Shown one piece after another: positions 29,711-41,470 of a stretch of 64,000 nt of DNA. The notes below the pieces were generated by a model. It had not been told where the DNA came from. It was given only the letters and a program-made list of their open reading frames with translations, and made no database searches. This DNA comes from Candidatus Fermentibacterota bacterium (lineage in GTDB: Bacteria; Fermentibacterota; Fermentibacteria; Fermentibacterales; JCC-6). The position numbers were made by a program, and so were the translations under genes. Numbering within the stretch: position 1 is the first letter of the stretch; every line of letters starts with the position of its first letter. The stretch is from positions 288,001 through 352,000 of the forward strand of contig CAWJQI010000005.1 of assembly GCA_963845085.1 (NCBI GenBank), given 5' to 3'.

Positions 29711-29938
29711 TCACGTAAGCTTTGCGAGGAGGTCGCTCATGGTCATCTCAAGGCCCGAAGCCACGCGCTCAAGAACAATCAGCGTTGGATTTCTGGTTCC
29801 TCTTTCAAGGCCTGAGATATAGGTCCGATCAACCCTGATCTTCAGTGCAAGGCTCTCCTGGGTCAGGCCAAGTTCCTGCCTGCGAGTACGGAGCCTAACA
29901 CCAAATCTATCAAGAATATCCGATTCTCTCGGTTTCAT
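29711..29938 (-). CDS. XRE HTH regulator of the restriction-modification controller (C-protein) type
   Basis: TQESLA...DRTYISGLERGTRNPT; C-box directly upstream. Confidence 0.8.
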   Translation of the reverse strand: MKPRESDILDRFGVRLRTRRQELGLTQESLALKIRVDRTYISGLERGTRNPTLIVLERVASGLEMTMSDLLAKLT

Positions 29939-29955
29939 GGTATGAGTATCGATTC

Positions 29956-29990
29956 ATGGATACTGCGAGTCTACGGACTATGAGTCACAT
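29956..29990 (-). promoter_or_regulatory. C-box double operator
   Basis: ATGT-GACTCATAGTC-CGTA-GACTCGCAGTA-TCCAT on the minus strand, 17 nt before the ATG. Confidence 0.75.
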
Positions 29991-30192
29991 CCGTAGAGCA
30001 GTTCCTTCTGTGATAAGCCTGAGGGGAGTGTTGTCAGGAGGTTGGACTAGTGGAGCTTCTCCACTGCTTCTCCATTACCAACGGGCATCCAAGTCCCGAG
30101 TTGGCGATTACTGCACCTGGATAGGTAAGAACGGTTGTATACGATCTGCATGAGCTTATCTTGCTGTATACCTTATCACAGAAGCGCAAAGA

Positions 30193-30224
30193 AGAAGGCC
30201 GCTGCCCTGAGACAACGGCCTTCT
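30193..30224 (-). terminator. Rho-independent terminator
   Basis: AGAAGGCCG...CGGCCTTCT stem downstream of the gene ending at 30239. Confidence 0.55.
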
Positions 30225-30238
30225 CATTCAGGGCAGGT

Positions 30239-32043
30239 CTACCTGGCGATAACAAGCCTTTCAGCAGAATTCACACCAGATCCTGCAACCCGAACGAAGT
30301 ACACCCCCGAAGGAACTGAGGAGACATCCCACTGGAAGGAACTCTCCCCGGCGGGAATGGAACCGTCGTTAAGCCTCTCCACAAGGCGGCCGTCCAGTCC
30401 GTATACCGAGACCGTGCAGTCAACGGGTTCCGGAAGGCTCAGGCGAATGACTGCTGTTGTGGTTGCTGGGCTGGGGCTGACACTGAGCCGGAGTGCAGGC
30501 TCCTCCTCTATCCCCAGTGGATCGTAGGTTACAGTAACCGTGTTGATCTGGGGGGAGACGGCGGGATTGTCACTGAGCATGGTTACCCGGTACTGAAAAT
30601 AGCTCTCGCCGTCTGAAAGGTAAGCTGACAGATCAGCAGGGGCGTAGAGCAATACACTCCACTCCCCGAGGTTCCCTGGATCATCGGAACCCCTGACTTG
30701 GAAGCAGAGCTGGGTCTCGGCGGGAACCGAAGCATCCCAGGTAAGGTCTCCCCACGAAGCGTCGTTCACGTACAGAATGTCGCTGTTGAGCCAGCCCGAA
30801 GAGCAGTAGTCCTCACCAAGACGCCACCAGTAAAGGTCGGGAGTGCTTGTTCCGTAGAAGCTGCACACGAAGTCTTCCACCCCATTGCCATCGAAGTCGC
30901 CTGGAGCGACAAGGCCGCCGGCGCTTTCAGAATCGAGACCATTTGAGAACGGGTACTCCATGAGAATCCTTTGAACGAACCTCTCCTGTGGGCTCCGTGT
31001 ATTCTCGAACATCCCCAAACTGCTCTCTCCCCGGTAGATGATGTCCATGTCGCCGTCGCTGTCGTAGTCGATGGATGCAAGACCGTAGACGTTGTCATCC
31101 GTCTCGAGGTTGTAGTAGGGGTAGAACTCGGGTCCCTTGTACCAGCTGATGCGGCCGTAATCAAAGCTCTTGCCTCCGACCATCAGATCGGCGATTCCAT
31201 CGTTATCAAGATCAACGAAGTTGGGAAAGACTCGTGAGTGTTTGAATATGGTTGAGAAACGATTTTGTACTCGAACCAACCAGATGATCCTTCCCTAAGG
31301 ATGTAGATCATTGGAGCAGGGAACTGGCCAATCAAAAGAGCAGCCGTAAGGTAACCATCGCCTGTTATCTCGGCTGCAGCAAACTCGGAACCTGTTGCTG
31401 TTCCAGCCTTCCTGTAAAGAAGATTTGGCTCCATGCAAGTCCCTCTCCAATGTTCTTGTAGAACAGAAGACTAGCGCTATTATTTATATAGTCATTAAGC
31501 ATGCAAATAATATCATTTTTACCGTCTCCATCCAAGTCCAAAACAACACCCGAAACTGGATCAATCGTCCACCATCCTTTTCTGCCACTCTCCGCCGGGA
31601 TAGCCTGGGTTTTCCCACCAGAGAGGGAATCGGCTCCTCCAATGTCATCATCAAGCCGTCTCCATTCAGATCGCCTGAGAAGATCGTCACTAGGCTGTCC
31701 GCGAAACCAACGGTCTGATGTGACCATTGGTTCTGGTTGCCTGTTGAGAGGATTGCGCCTATTGATGATGATGAGCATTTGAAAAGGTCTGTATAAGCGT
31801 CGCTGTTGACTGTGGCAGCCTAAGAAGGAAACTTCCATTATCATACACTCTCGACCACTTCATGGCTGTGCCAAGAGTCAGCGATCCTGAAGCCTGCCAT
31901 CCCATGCCGTAGCAGGAGCCGAGGTCCGATCCCCAGTCTGTCGTGGTAACTTCTCCCGTAGGGCCACTGCTCCAGTCGGTCTGAACCATTGATGCCCCAA
32001 GAACAATGCCTGTTGTCAGGAGAACGAGTGCCGCGCTTTTCAT
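30239..32043 (-). pseudogene. Secreted FG-GAP repeat protein with FlgD/T9SS-like C-terminal domain, frameshifted (island copy)
   Basis: Signal peptide + QTDWSSGP; DLNGDG, DLDGDG, DLDNDG, DFDGNG repeats; VYGLDGRLV...SGVYFVR tail; split over 4-5 ORFs. Confidence 0.8.
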
Positions 32044-32047
32044 GCCG

Positions 32048-35000
32048 CTACCTCCCTCCGTCCAGAAGAACGAGCTTCTCTATGTACAATGGTGTGTCTT
32101 CCTCCGAAAGTACAGCGAAGTAAACTCCTGCGGGATGAATGCAGGACGAAAACTCGATGGTTTCACCCTGCTCAATTCTCTCGACCACCCTCCCGGAAAG
32201 GTCGTATACCATTGCCTCAGCTCCTTGGCTTCCACCAGAACCGAGGGTCCGGTGTTCCTGCTGACGGAAGTGACCTGGGCTGCTCAATGATCGTTGAGGT
32301 GGTTCTGCCCTGGTGATCAATGCCGGAGCGGGATACGGATCAAGGCGAACCAGTTTAGAATCTGTGGCAAAGTAATACCCGTCTGGATCATAAAGGTGTA
32401 CTACATAATCCGCCACCAATATTAGTAACACCTTCCCCAATAAGAACTTCAGGCTCACCATAGTCGCTGTACTCCAACCAGGAACAATCAGGGAACACGA
32501 TACAGTCCGATTCTGTCCAACTCTCTCCATCGGTTGACACGAGAACAAGGATGTCGCCATCAGGTTCCTTCAGTGCAAGGAAGTTGAGATATGGTTCATT
32601 AGGGGCAAGGGTTACTTCACCTGCACCAAAAGATATGGTAGCATTAACAGCTTCAGTGGAGTCCATAACCTCGTAAGCCGGATTTACCAGAACTTCAAGC
32701 AGGTTGAAGTCGTATTCTTGCCTTCGTCAACACAAGTGAAGGTCTGAACCGCTTCGTGAACTCGGGTCACCATGTCGACATCGTTCGGGCCGTCCACGCT
32801 TGCTCCCCAGTAGAGCAGTTCGGGAGGGAAACGATATGCGGTTGGATTGGCCGGACCACCGGACAGGGCAGAACAGCCCATACAGATTGAATCCTCTGAT
32901 CCCGTGTACCAAAGCCGCACCCATGGTGTACATCAGCTCGTCGTAGCCCATGACTCCATCACCGGGGAAGAATGTGCCGTTGAAGAAGCTGCCCCTCCCA
33001 TGGCATTGAACTGTGAGGAAGAGGCATTCGGCCGTAGCCGGGTTGACTCCGTACTCGAGCATGATGTCCAGTGCGCCCAGTTCCTGTGAATTGCAGATGT
33101 TGGCCGCGAGTACATGTTTTCGAACAGGATTTCCGGAATCTCCGTTACCGTCTGCCCGACCACAGGAAATCCCGGGATTTTTGTCCGTGAGCACATCGGA
33201 TTCGCTGAACCTAGTGTGGCGGCTGCGGATTTCACAAAGGGTTCTCCAGTCATTAGAACCGGAAACAATGGGGAATTGAACATCTTCAGTAAACGGAAAT
33301 GCCACATCATCAGTGTACCTTGTTCTTACTCCGTGGTTGTTCGGTGAGTCATCATTGACATAGAGCTTGATTTTGTGACCATACCCGTAGTTCTGGATGC
33401 TGAGCGAGGAAAGATGCTCGGCACGAGGCAACGGGGGAGTTTCAGATGAAGTGTTTCTGACTCCACCGGGATTGTCTGCTGGTTATAGGCGATACTGCTC
33501 CATGTAATCTTGGTGATACCCTGAGATGGTGTCACCGGGCTGACCATGGCGATGAACCTGTCGTGTGTCCGAAACATCCGATTGTACCCTGAAACATTGA
33601 TGTCCCTGGTGACGGTTACCGGCCCAACCATCATATCTTCCCCCCAGAGGTCGTTGTAGACCTGGGAGCACTGCCATGATTCTGAGTACATCGGAGTTGT
33701 TTTGATCGCCACATACTGGCCTTCGGTTGTGTAGAGAATGAAACCGCTTCGCAAGTGTGGATTCTCATCTGACTGACGCCAGAAGTAACCCCAGATCGCA
33801 CCATCCGGGTAGAACCCTTCAGGAATGTGATGCTGCGCAGGCCTTCCTGAGTTGGACAGGCATAGAATCCCGGAAGAATCCCTGCCAAAGATTCTTGCCC
33901 TCCATTGCGAATCAGTGGGCTGGTTCTGCTGGGGGCTTCCCACCCACAGAATACGCATCTCATCACTTCCAATTGCACCTGTGCAGTTAGTACTTGCGCT
34001 CCACCCGGAACGGTAATCAAGCTCCCCAACGCAGAAGACTTCCGAGTCATAGCCGGTATTGCTGGAAAAGATTTCGAAACAATTCCATTTGAGTGCCAAT
34101 ACACGGCCCTGGCGCAATCTGTGGGTTCGCCTTTCCGCCAGAGGACCAGTCCTCCATTTAGCTCCGATACAGGACCCGACCTCGGACCGATGTCAGCCGA
34201 ACGATTGTCGCTGGCCGTCAATGAATAGCTCTGTCCTGCAAGGGAAATCCCAATACTGGTTGTGCTGTGAAGTTGAAAACTTGGTTCTCCAAGTTCATCC
34301 GATCCTTCGATTGTGTAGACCGAAAGGTTGCCATTGCTTCTCAGAGCAAAGTACTCGTCCCTGTCGCAGTATGCTGTTCTGAATGCACCGTCGCTCGGGA
34401 CGAGGTCTGCAGCTCCCCTGAAAAGAACAATTGCATCGTCAGTAGGGTTATCCTCTGGGTATGTGCTCTGACTGAACAATACACCCGTAATGAGCGCAGG
34501 GTAGTAGTTCAGAGAGATGTAGTCAAGCGGATGGCCAAAGACGAAGGGTGTGGATTTCCAGTTCCTTCGAGTTCAGCCATAAAAGTATCAGTTCGTACAT
34601 TTCCAACCGTTAAATGAAGACTCCCACCTTCGCAAGCGCGGCGCCCAATGGGAGATCAAGTCCTGTAGTACTAGGTACGCCGCCCGAGCCGGCAAGGCGT
34701 AATGCGATTGAAGAGAGTTCAGCATAGTGGTCGTAGTCTTGATTGTCCGGCTCGTCATGTGCGAACACTCCGCAAAAGTCGCCTCGAAAAGGCAAACTGG
34801 CGTATTGTAGTCATAGTCTTCCCAGTTGCCGAAAACTGTGGGATTGTGAGGTTTCACCTACCTCCAGCGTTTCTCCACCACTGTCATACCGCCAAGAATG
34901 ACGTTAATTCCGATACCTCTCGCCTGGTTCGCCCGTGCGATTGTGTATGAATCGTTTTCCATCTGGAGTTCGCTTCTGATAATCAGAGTATTCACCCCGG

Positions 35001-35262
35001 CCAGCTTTGCCTCATTGAGCACTCCATCGATTAATGACGCAGCATTGCTGACTGCCTCATCTTCAGGGAAGCCTTGGTAACGCTGATAGTAGTTTCTGAG
35101 TTCGTAGAAAGTCCCCTGGAGATCCCATACCACGGGGAAGAAGGTTACCTCTTCGTTTGAGGGGTCTGTATAGGTGTAGTTGTGGCCGTGGGTATAGGCC
35201 ATGTTACGTCCAAACAGAGGAAATGCTATAAGCAAGCATGACAGAATGAACACATTTTTCAT
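32048..35262 (-). pseudogene. Large secreted protein (glycoside-hydrolase-like TIM barrel with insert, sorting tail), multiply frameshifted
   Basis: Signal peptide; AKLAGVNTLIIR, FAHDEP, AALVHGIRGFNLY; tail VYDLSGRVV...AGVYFA. Confidence 0.55.
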
Positions 35263-35463
35263 TTATGATCTCCTGGAATGAGAATAGATTGTGTGATGAT
35301 GCCAAAAGTATGTTCTGGTGTTGTCAATGTCAAGTAATATCTCGTATAAAGTAAATGATACTGGTTCTCGATATTGATATTTCATTTCATATTCATTGGA
35401 TACATCAGTTAGGGCCGCCATTCCCACAGCGGCCCCTGCTCCTGTTCGTGTCTGACTGTCGGC

Positions 35464-35816
35464 TCAGCTCGCTTCCTTCATCTCCACCCGGATGCAGTCC
35501 ACGATCTCTCCGAAGGCTTCGCAGGTCGTGGGATTGAGGATGATCCTCTCCCCGGGCCAGTTGATGGCCTTGGGCTCACGAAGGACGCTCGAGATGGCAC
35601 GGGCATTGGTCCGATTCAAAACCAGTAGCTTCGGGGTTTCCTTGAACCTGACAAGGTACTTCTCAACCTTGCTACCGTCACCATCCGCAGCTTGTCCCGT
35701 AGTACTTCGCTGATTGTCAGAGTGACGGGCTCTCCGTCAAAGTCCGCTGCTTTCAAGTAGTTTGATGGGAACATCAAGGCTACATCGAGATGAGGGTTAT
35801 CCTGCTTGCCGAGCAT
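35464..35816 (-). pseudogene. Phage-type ssDNA-binding/annealing candidate, frameshifted
   Basis: MFPSNYLKAADF...VTLTI / YLVRFKETPKLLVLNRTNA / NWPG.RIIL...DCIRV when frames are joined. Confidence 0.6.
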
Positions 35817-36670
35817 TTTCTTCCTCCACTCCGCCGAAGTCGACGGCTTCGTTGTCTGTTACAGCCCATGCCGGGGCTGCGAGTTCTGATTCAACAGGGC
35901 CGGGTCCGGGCCATGTGCCGGATGCGGTGCACTCCTTCACCTGCCTGAGCCAACCGATGTATTCCTCCCGCGCCCTGTCCAGGGAGTCTCTCGAGCCAGT
36001 ACAGACGGCAGGCGTAGGAGGATCCTTCTCCAGGGCGATGACCCCTGCAGCGGAGGAGGAGACCCTTGCCTGAGGTGACGGCATAGGCCTCCTGGTACAG
36101 GGAGGCCTGGTGGAAGTAACGCATGGTCCATGCATGTGCCGAGAAGGTTCGGGGATCAATGGAGCTTGTTGTCTTCAGGTCAAGTATGGCGCCCTCTGTC
36201 GAGATCCGGTCAAGCCGTCCCTTGCAGGCCAGTCCCGTCGGAGGATTGGTCCAGAACAGGCTGACCTCTGGAAAACCCTTCTCAAGCAGAGCGGCCACTT
36301 CAGGCGTTCCCCTGACGGAGTTCCTGATGGCCAGGGCTGTGTTGTACTCGGACTCCCTCAGGATGGAACGCCCCTGCATGGTGGCCTCGTCGGCGAACTG
36401 CTGATAGGCATTGCCCCTGCGGTCTCCCGGCCACAGAGCGTAATCGAGCTGAAATCTCTCAGGCTCAAAGACAGCAGTATGGGTCGCCCGGCCCAGAAGC
36501 ATGGCCGGGGTTTCAGCCGGCGGGTTCTGTATAGCGTACTGGTAATGAAGCGGGCTCTTCGCCATGTGCTTCAGTGTGGAGAAGTTGATCCCTACGGCAG
36601 CGGCGTAATCGGCGAACCGCATCTGCAGTCCCGGTCTCTTCGTCCGGGGTACTAGTGTTCGTGTCGCCAC
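35797..36670 (-). pseudogene. RecE/exonuclease VIII-like PD-(D/E)XK nuclease (DUF3799), frameshifted near the 3' end
   Basis: INFSTLK..SPLHY, LGRATHTAVFEP, EVSLFW, CKGRLD, LDLKTT, YFHQASLY. Confidence 0.82.
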
Positions 36671-36870
36671 GGGGCGATCTCCCTTCCGATCATGTCTGTA
36701 TCGAGCTCTTCCGCTGTGAAGGCTCCGACCTCGGGTCTCATGCCGTCTGGTACGAGGAGCCAGAACACACCGTCAGCCCTGTGAATGACCCCTTCAGCGA
36801 TGAGCCGGATGGCCTTGATCTGAGCTGCTTCCCAGGAATCAAGGGGACCTCCGATGATCTCGGGGTCCAC
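36652..36870 (-). CDS. Hypothetical protein
   Basis: Short ORF within the operon, overlapping the RecE-like gene start. Confidence 0.45.
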   Translation of the reverse strand: MDPEIIGGPLDSWEAAQIKAIRLIAEGVIHRADGVFWLLVPDGMRPEVGAFTAEELDTDMIGREIAPWRHEH

Positions 36871-36898
36871 CCCCCTCTGGCCAGGAGCAGGTAGTAGT

Positions 36899-37260
36899 TC
36901 ATCTCGTTAGCCTTCCCTTCTTCCTCCACTTGGAGAACCTTTCCAGATCACGGGCACACATGCTGGCTGCTGTTGATATCACAGCGATATCATCGAGGTA
37001 GCCGGCGACTGGAATGAAGTCTGGGATCAAATCCATCACCCATAGCAGATATAGGACTGCCGCAACGATGGTCACGATCACTTCCACCGAGGCCCTGTAC
37101 TCCCCATGAGATGTGGCAGCGATGTACTCCAGAAACTCGAGGATCTGAACAACCACAGGATCCAGTGCAGGACTGCGGAGTGTCTCAAGTACTTCTTTGG
37201 TTTCTTTCCTGGTAAGGTGGCTTCTGCCCTTTGCCAGAATCTTCTTGAACTTGTTCCCAT
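36899..37260 (-). pseudogene. DUF1232 (YkvA) family membrane protein, frameshifted
   Basis: AAVLYLLWVMDLIPDFIPVAGYLDD. Confidence 0.75.
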
Positions 37261-37475
37261 GCTTGCTTCATGGACACCTCCGGGCAAATGCTTCGCCCGG
37301 GCTCACTGCCCGCACCCGCGTAAGGGTTCCCCCTGAGCCCGATTGCAGGTAGAAACCCACATCAGGCCCTCAAGAGGGTTTCTCAGGTCATGTGCTGAGT
37401 TCTATTGGCCTTGGAGAAACGGGCAGTATAAGTGAGCCCGGACGGACGTGAAGGCTTGAGAAGCCTGTTTGGGAC

Positions 37476-38286
37476 TCAGGCGGCGAGCTTGTCCACCAGG
37501 TTGCCGAGGAAGTAGTCGCCGACCTGCTCGGAAGTGGTGATCATGGCACGGCCCCTGCCGTTGTAGGTGAGGCGGTGGGTCAGTTCCTGATACAAGTCCC
37601 AAAGGGAGTGGGCGTTACCGAGGTTCTGAACCACGGGACCCCAGTCCCTGTTGGGAAGGCTGACGTTCTTTGCCACGGCGGCAAGGGTCTTGAGATTCAG
37701 GCGGGTTTTGGATAGGATGGCGATACGGGGAGCAATCTCTTCAAGGATGCTCACACCGCCCTGAATGACGGAGACAGCTTCCTTCAGATCGAAGCCTTGG
37801 GCAGCGGTATGCTTCAGGGCATAGGTCGAGAAGTAGCGGGGGCTCATCAGGCCATTGGTGCAGGAAAGCACGAACGCCATCAGGACGATCCTGAACTTGG
37901 CGGAACCGTCGTAGCTGTTCTCTATGCGAAGGCCGACAGAGACGGCATCCCCGACATCCGGGAGCTCTACGATCTGGTCGGAACGGTAGAGTGTCGACAG
38001 AAACCGTCCCGTCCATATCGTTTTCTCCTCTACCCATCTCCAGCGGGAGAGCGACGTGATTTCTCGGGCAGTCTGCTGCGCGAGACTGTTCGATGAGCTG
38101 GTAGCCCTGGCTGTGGATGTTGATGCACTCCCAGATGCCGTTGTCGTTCAGGATCTCGACGCCAACCTGCGGGACAGCTTCCCCATTAACGGAAACGGGA
38201 GCCAAGCGAACATGCGCAAAGGGATCCATGACGCTCACGGTGTTCCGAAGTGGAGCGAGCTTGGTACCGGTCACGGTAACCTCCAT
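37476..38286 (-). pseudogene. DUF932 family protein, frameshifted
   Basis: GYQLI; ENSYDGS...SCTNGLM...KHT; SLWDLYQELT. Confidence 0.75.
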
Positions 38287-38615
38287 TCTCAGCGCCTGCG
38301 GCGCTGGGTCAGGGATTTGGCAGATTCAGCGGTATCGGCCAGGAAACGAAAGACATTGGCGAGCTTCTTCAGGGGGATGGACATGAAAGGGCTCCTTCCT
38401 ATACTGAGTGTTTACCTACTTTTTTATAGCTTAATACTATATGTTTTAGCCCTTTTCACCCATCTGCTCTAACATGTTCATCACTGCTTCAATACTATTC
38501 TTTCATTTCTTATACATACATTTGCATATTCTATGACTTCCTTATCTTTTATTATTTTTTTTACTTATTTAATATGATCATTTATTTGAACATTTTCTTG
38601 TCTTGACTACTGCCA

Positions 38616-40052
38616 TTGCAAATAATAGTGTTCGTATATTCATTCTGCTACATCATTACAGTTAGGATAGAGAACCTCATGCTCGAGAAAGCACTCGGGT
38701 CGACGCTTGCTAACAAAGCAAGCAAACTGTACGGGCACTATGACTACTTTGGCTACATAATACCGGCATTTTGGCTTGTATTCTGCTTGCTTTTTTCCTC
38801 AATTATGATTTTCGATCTCACTGGTTCAGAAAGTGTTATGCGATGTATGAAGTCTGTTAAGGCCTTCTACCGCTCGCTTAATGCAGGTGGTATTCTTCTA
38901 GTTGGTGTTGGTATTTTTGCTATATTGTATAATATTCTTTACTTAATTGGACATATTATTAGCAGTTTTTCTGCTATCATTGTTGACAGAGGACTTGTAC
39001 GAAAACTTCTAGGCTATCCTTTTTATATTTATGGCGCTGTTATTGAATACTACAATACACATATTAATGATTATACAGATAGTGCTATTTGGGTCTTTGC
39101 ATACTGAGATCAGAACAGATATAAATGCCATCTATGTTATATATATGCAAGCAAAACTCTTGCTCACATTATATTGTTGTTGGATTGATTAACTTTAACA
39201 CGTATTCGGGTATTGTTGGTAACAGTGCATCCGTATAGCGTTGGCTATAATATCATTAACAATACGGGTTAGTATTCGGATATCCTTGGTTTGTACTACG
39301 CAATAATACAACTATAGTTTCAATTAATGCCTTTGATGTTAAGAATAGCATTTCCATTGCGCATAAGAATAGGTTGTCATTCATTGTTCATTTGTGCTTG
39401 CAATAGCTTTATTAATATTTTATTTTTATACAGTGAGAATTTTATATATGCCTTTAATTGATTGGCTGTTGTACCAACTTATCGTTATGCTTGAAAGAGC
39501 AACTGGTCATAATAATAGGAAGATGTCTTCTCTTGTTAGAGTGTATTACTCCATTACAGTCATTCATTACCATGTATAAATAATTCATAGCCTGTGAAAT
39601 AAATTATTTAGATGTCCGTCTCGTAAGTTCTGTTAAGGGATCACACGAAAAGTTCACATCAGAAAACTCTTCGGATGTACTGGTTGATTAATATTGCCTC
39701 CGATATAACGCATAATGAATCACACTCATCCATTAGTCATTTTCGATCCATGTATTCAATGAATAGAAACATGTCAACTGCAACAGCTTTTATACTAGCC
39801 GTAATTCTGGGGTTGTGTTCTATTCACTCCGTACAACACGCAAGACAGCTACTTGTTTTCACACTCTTTCTTGGGTTTGCAGGCACTGTGTTTTATGCAC
39901 GGTATCTGTATTTGTATTCATCATACTATTGTAAATATTTGGTAAGATATCGATATATAATGAATACTGGTACATCTCATGTGAGTGCAAGAAAAAGTAA
40001 TCGTTTGTCTACGGCTTTCTGTAGAAATGTACCTTCAAGAAATCCATTTTAA
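38616..40052 (+). pseudogene. AT-rich multi-TM membrane protein, broken into fragments
   Basis: Three hydrophobic ORF pieces (YDYFGYIIPA...YLIGHII...YSMNRNM); very low GC. Confidence 0.5.
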
Positions 40053-40149
40053 CCTGAGCGCAGTAGCATTATAGTCTCACGAATTTGGATATAACGGTTA
40101 TTTTGATATAAGCATATATTAATCATGTCTGATATTTGACATTTGGTCA

Positions 40150-40790
40150 TCCCCTCGTTCTTGGTCTGATTCGGGTGTTCCTTCTTCTCCCATTCATTCA
40201 GGATTTCAATCTTCAGATAGACTCTTCCGGTAATCCAACTCTTGTGGATGTCTTCCCACAGGGCTGTCAGCATCCTTAGCGCACCCTCCCTGCTCGGGAA
40301 GATGCGGAGAGGTTCCGTCCTACGGCGGATCTCCTCGTTCATCCGATCGATGCCGTCGGTGGTGCGAGACCTTCTACGATGTGATGGCGGCTGCTCGAAT
40401 ACAGCAAGACAATCCTCTAAGTTCTCCTCGAACCACTCATCAAAGCCCTTGTAATGACGGTAATCCTCAAGAAGCCTGGAAATCAGGATGTCACTGGTTG
40501 CCCTATCAGGAGCTTCCCAGATCGACCTCGGACGACCACTGATCTCCCCATGCAGACGCCGGGGAAGATAGCCTCCTTACATTCTTGCCGAAGTGGTACT
40601 GACAACGCTGCCAGGTACAACCCTGGAAGCACAACCTGGCAGCAGTCACAAGACCAACATGATCATCGCTGATCACCATCCTGACACCCTTGAGAACACG
40701 TTCTTCAGTGACAGAAAGAACTCCCGCCAAGAGTGTTCGTTCTCGCTATCACTCATTGCATGTCCCAATACTTCCTCTAGGAAAACTTCG
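40150..40790 (-). mobile_element. IS256-family transposase remnant
   Basis: GVRMVISDDHVGL...WQRCQYHF; RTTDGIDRMNEEIRRRT..IFPS. Confidence 0.82.
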
Positions 40791-40855
40791 AGATTGCGAG
40801 GGATTGACATCCAACAAGAATACAGTAAATATTGTCAGCATATTCATGGGAGGTT

Positions 40856-41414
40856 ATGATGAACGCTGAAAGCCTAGGTTTCTACTGTGACTCTTTTTCT
40901 GATCTTCTCCGGTTTAGGCGACGCAATCTTGGACTTACACAGCGGGAGGTTGAGGAAAGAACAGCTCTTTATGGGCCAAGGGAAGTGAATCGCGGTGCAT
41001 ACGGCCGCGCCGAAGGAGGTTACTGGATTCCAAGAGACATAGGTGTTCTCCAGGCAATTGCAAGGGCTTTGGAACTCCCAGACAGTGTGGTAATTGAGTT
41101 TGCGAAGCGAACGCTTGAAGGCCCAAAGTTACTTAAGACTGTTCACTCGGGTACAGGAGTTGATTCATGCGATGATTTATGTGATGGATGAGACAGATAA
41201 AGCTCTAACAATACGAACTTTGGAACAAAAAATCGGCCTCTTTAAAGAGCCAATACACGAAATGGCAAGAAACTTCGTCGACCTATGGAGAGGAAACATC
41301 GGCATCGACGATGCCCCAAGAAATGGTCTTCGACCTCTAAGGCATTACATGCGACCATTTTGTCAGGAGGACATGATGCCATGGCGAAAGGAGAATAGCA
41401 GAAGTGATTCATAA
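40856..41414 (+). CDS. XRE-type HTH regulator, probably frameshifted
   Basis: LLRFRRRNLGLTQREV...LQAIARALEL; continues in ORF 41094..41414. Confidence 0.55.
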
Positions 41415-41470
41415 CGGAGAACCCGCCGGGTGCCAGCCCGGCGGGCAATAGGCAGTAACCCCAACACGTA

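Noticed and set aside
39105..39107. TGA read-through (Sec or alternative code) in the AT-rich membrane gene
   Set aside because: No Cys/Sec motif or hairpin, further stops follow, and TGA is an ordinary stop in many genes here.
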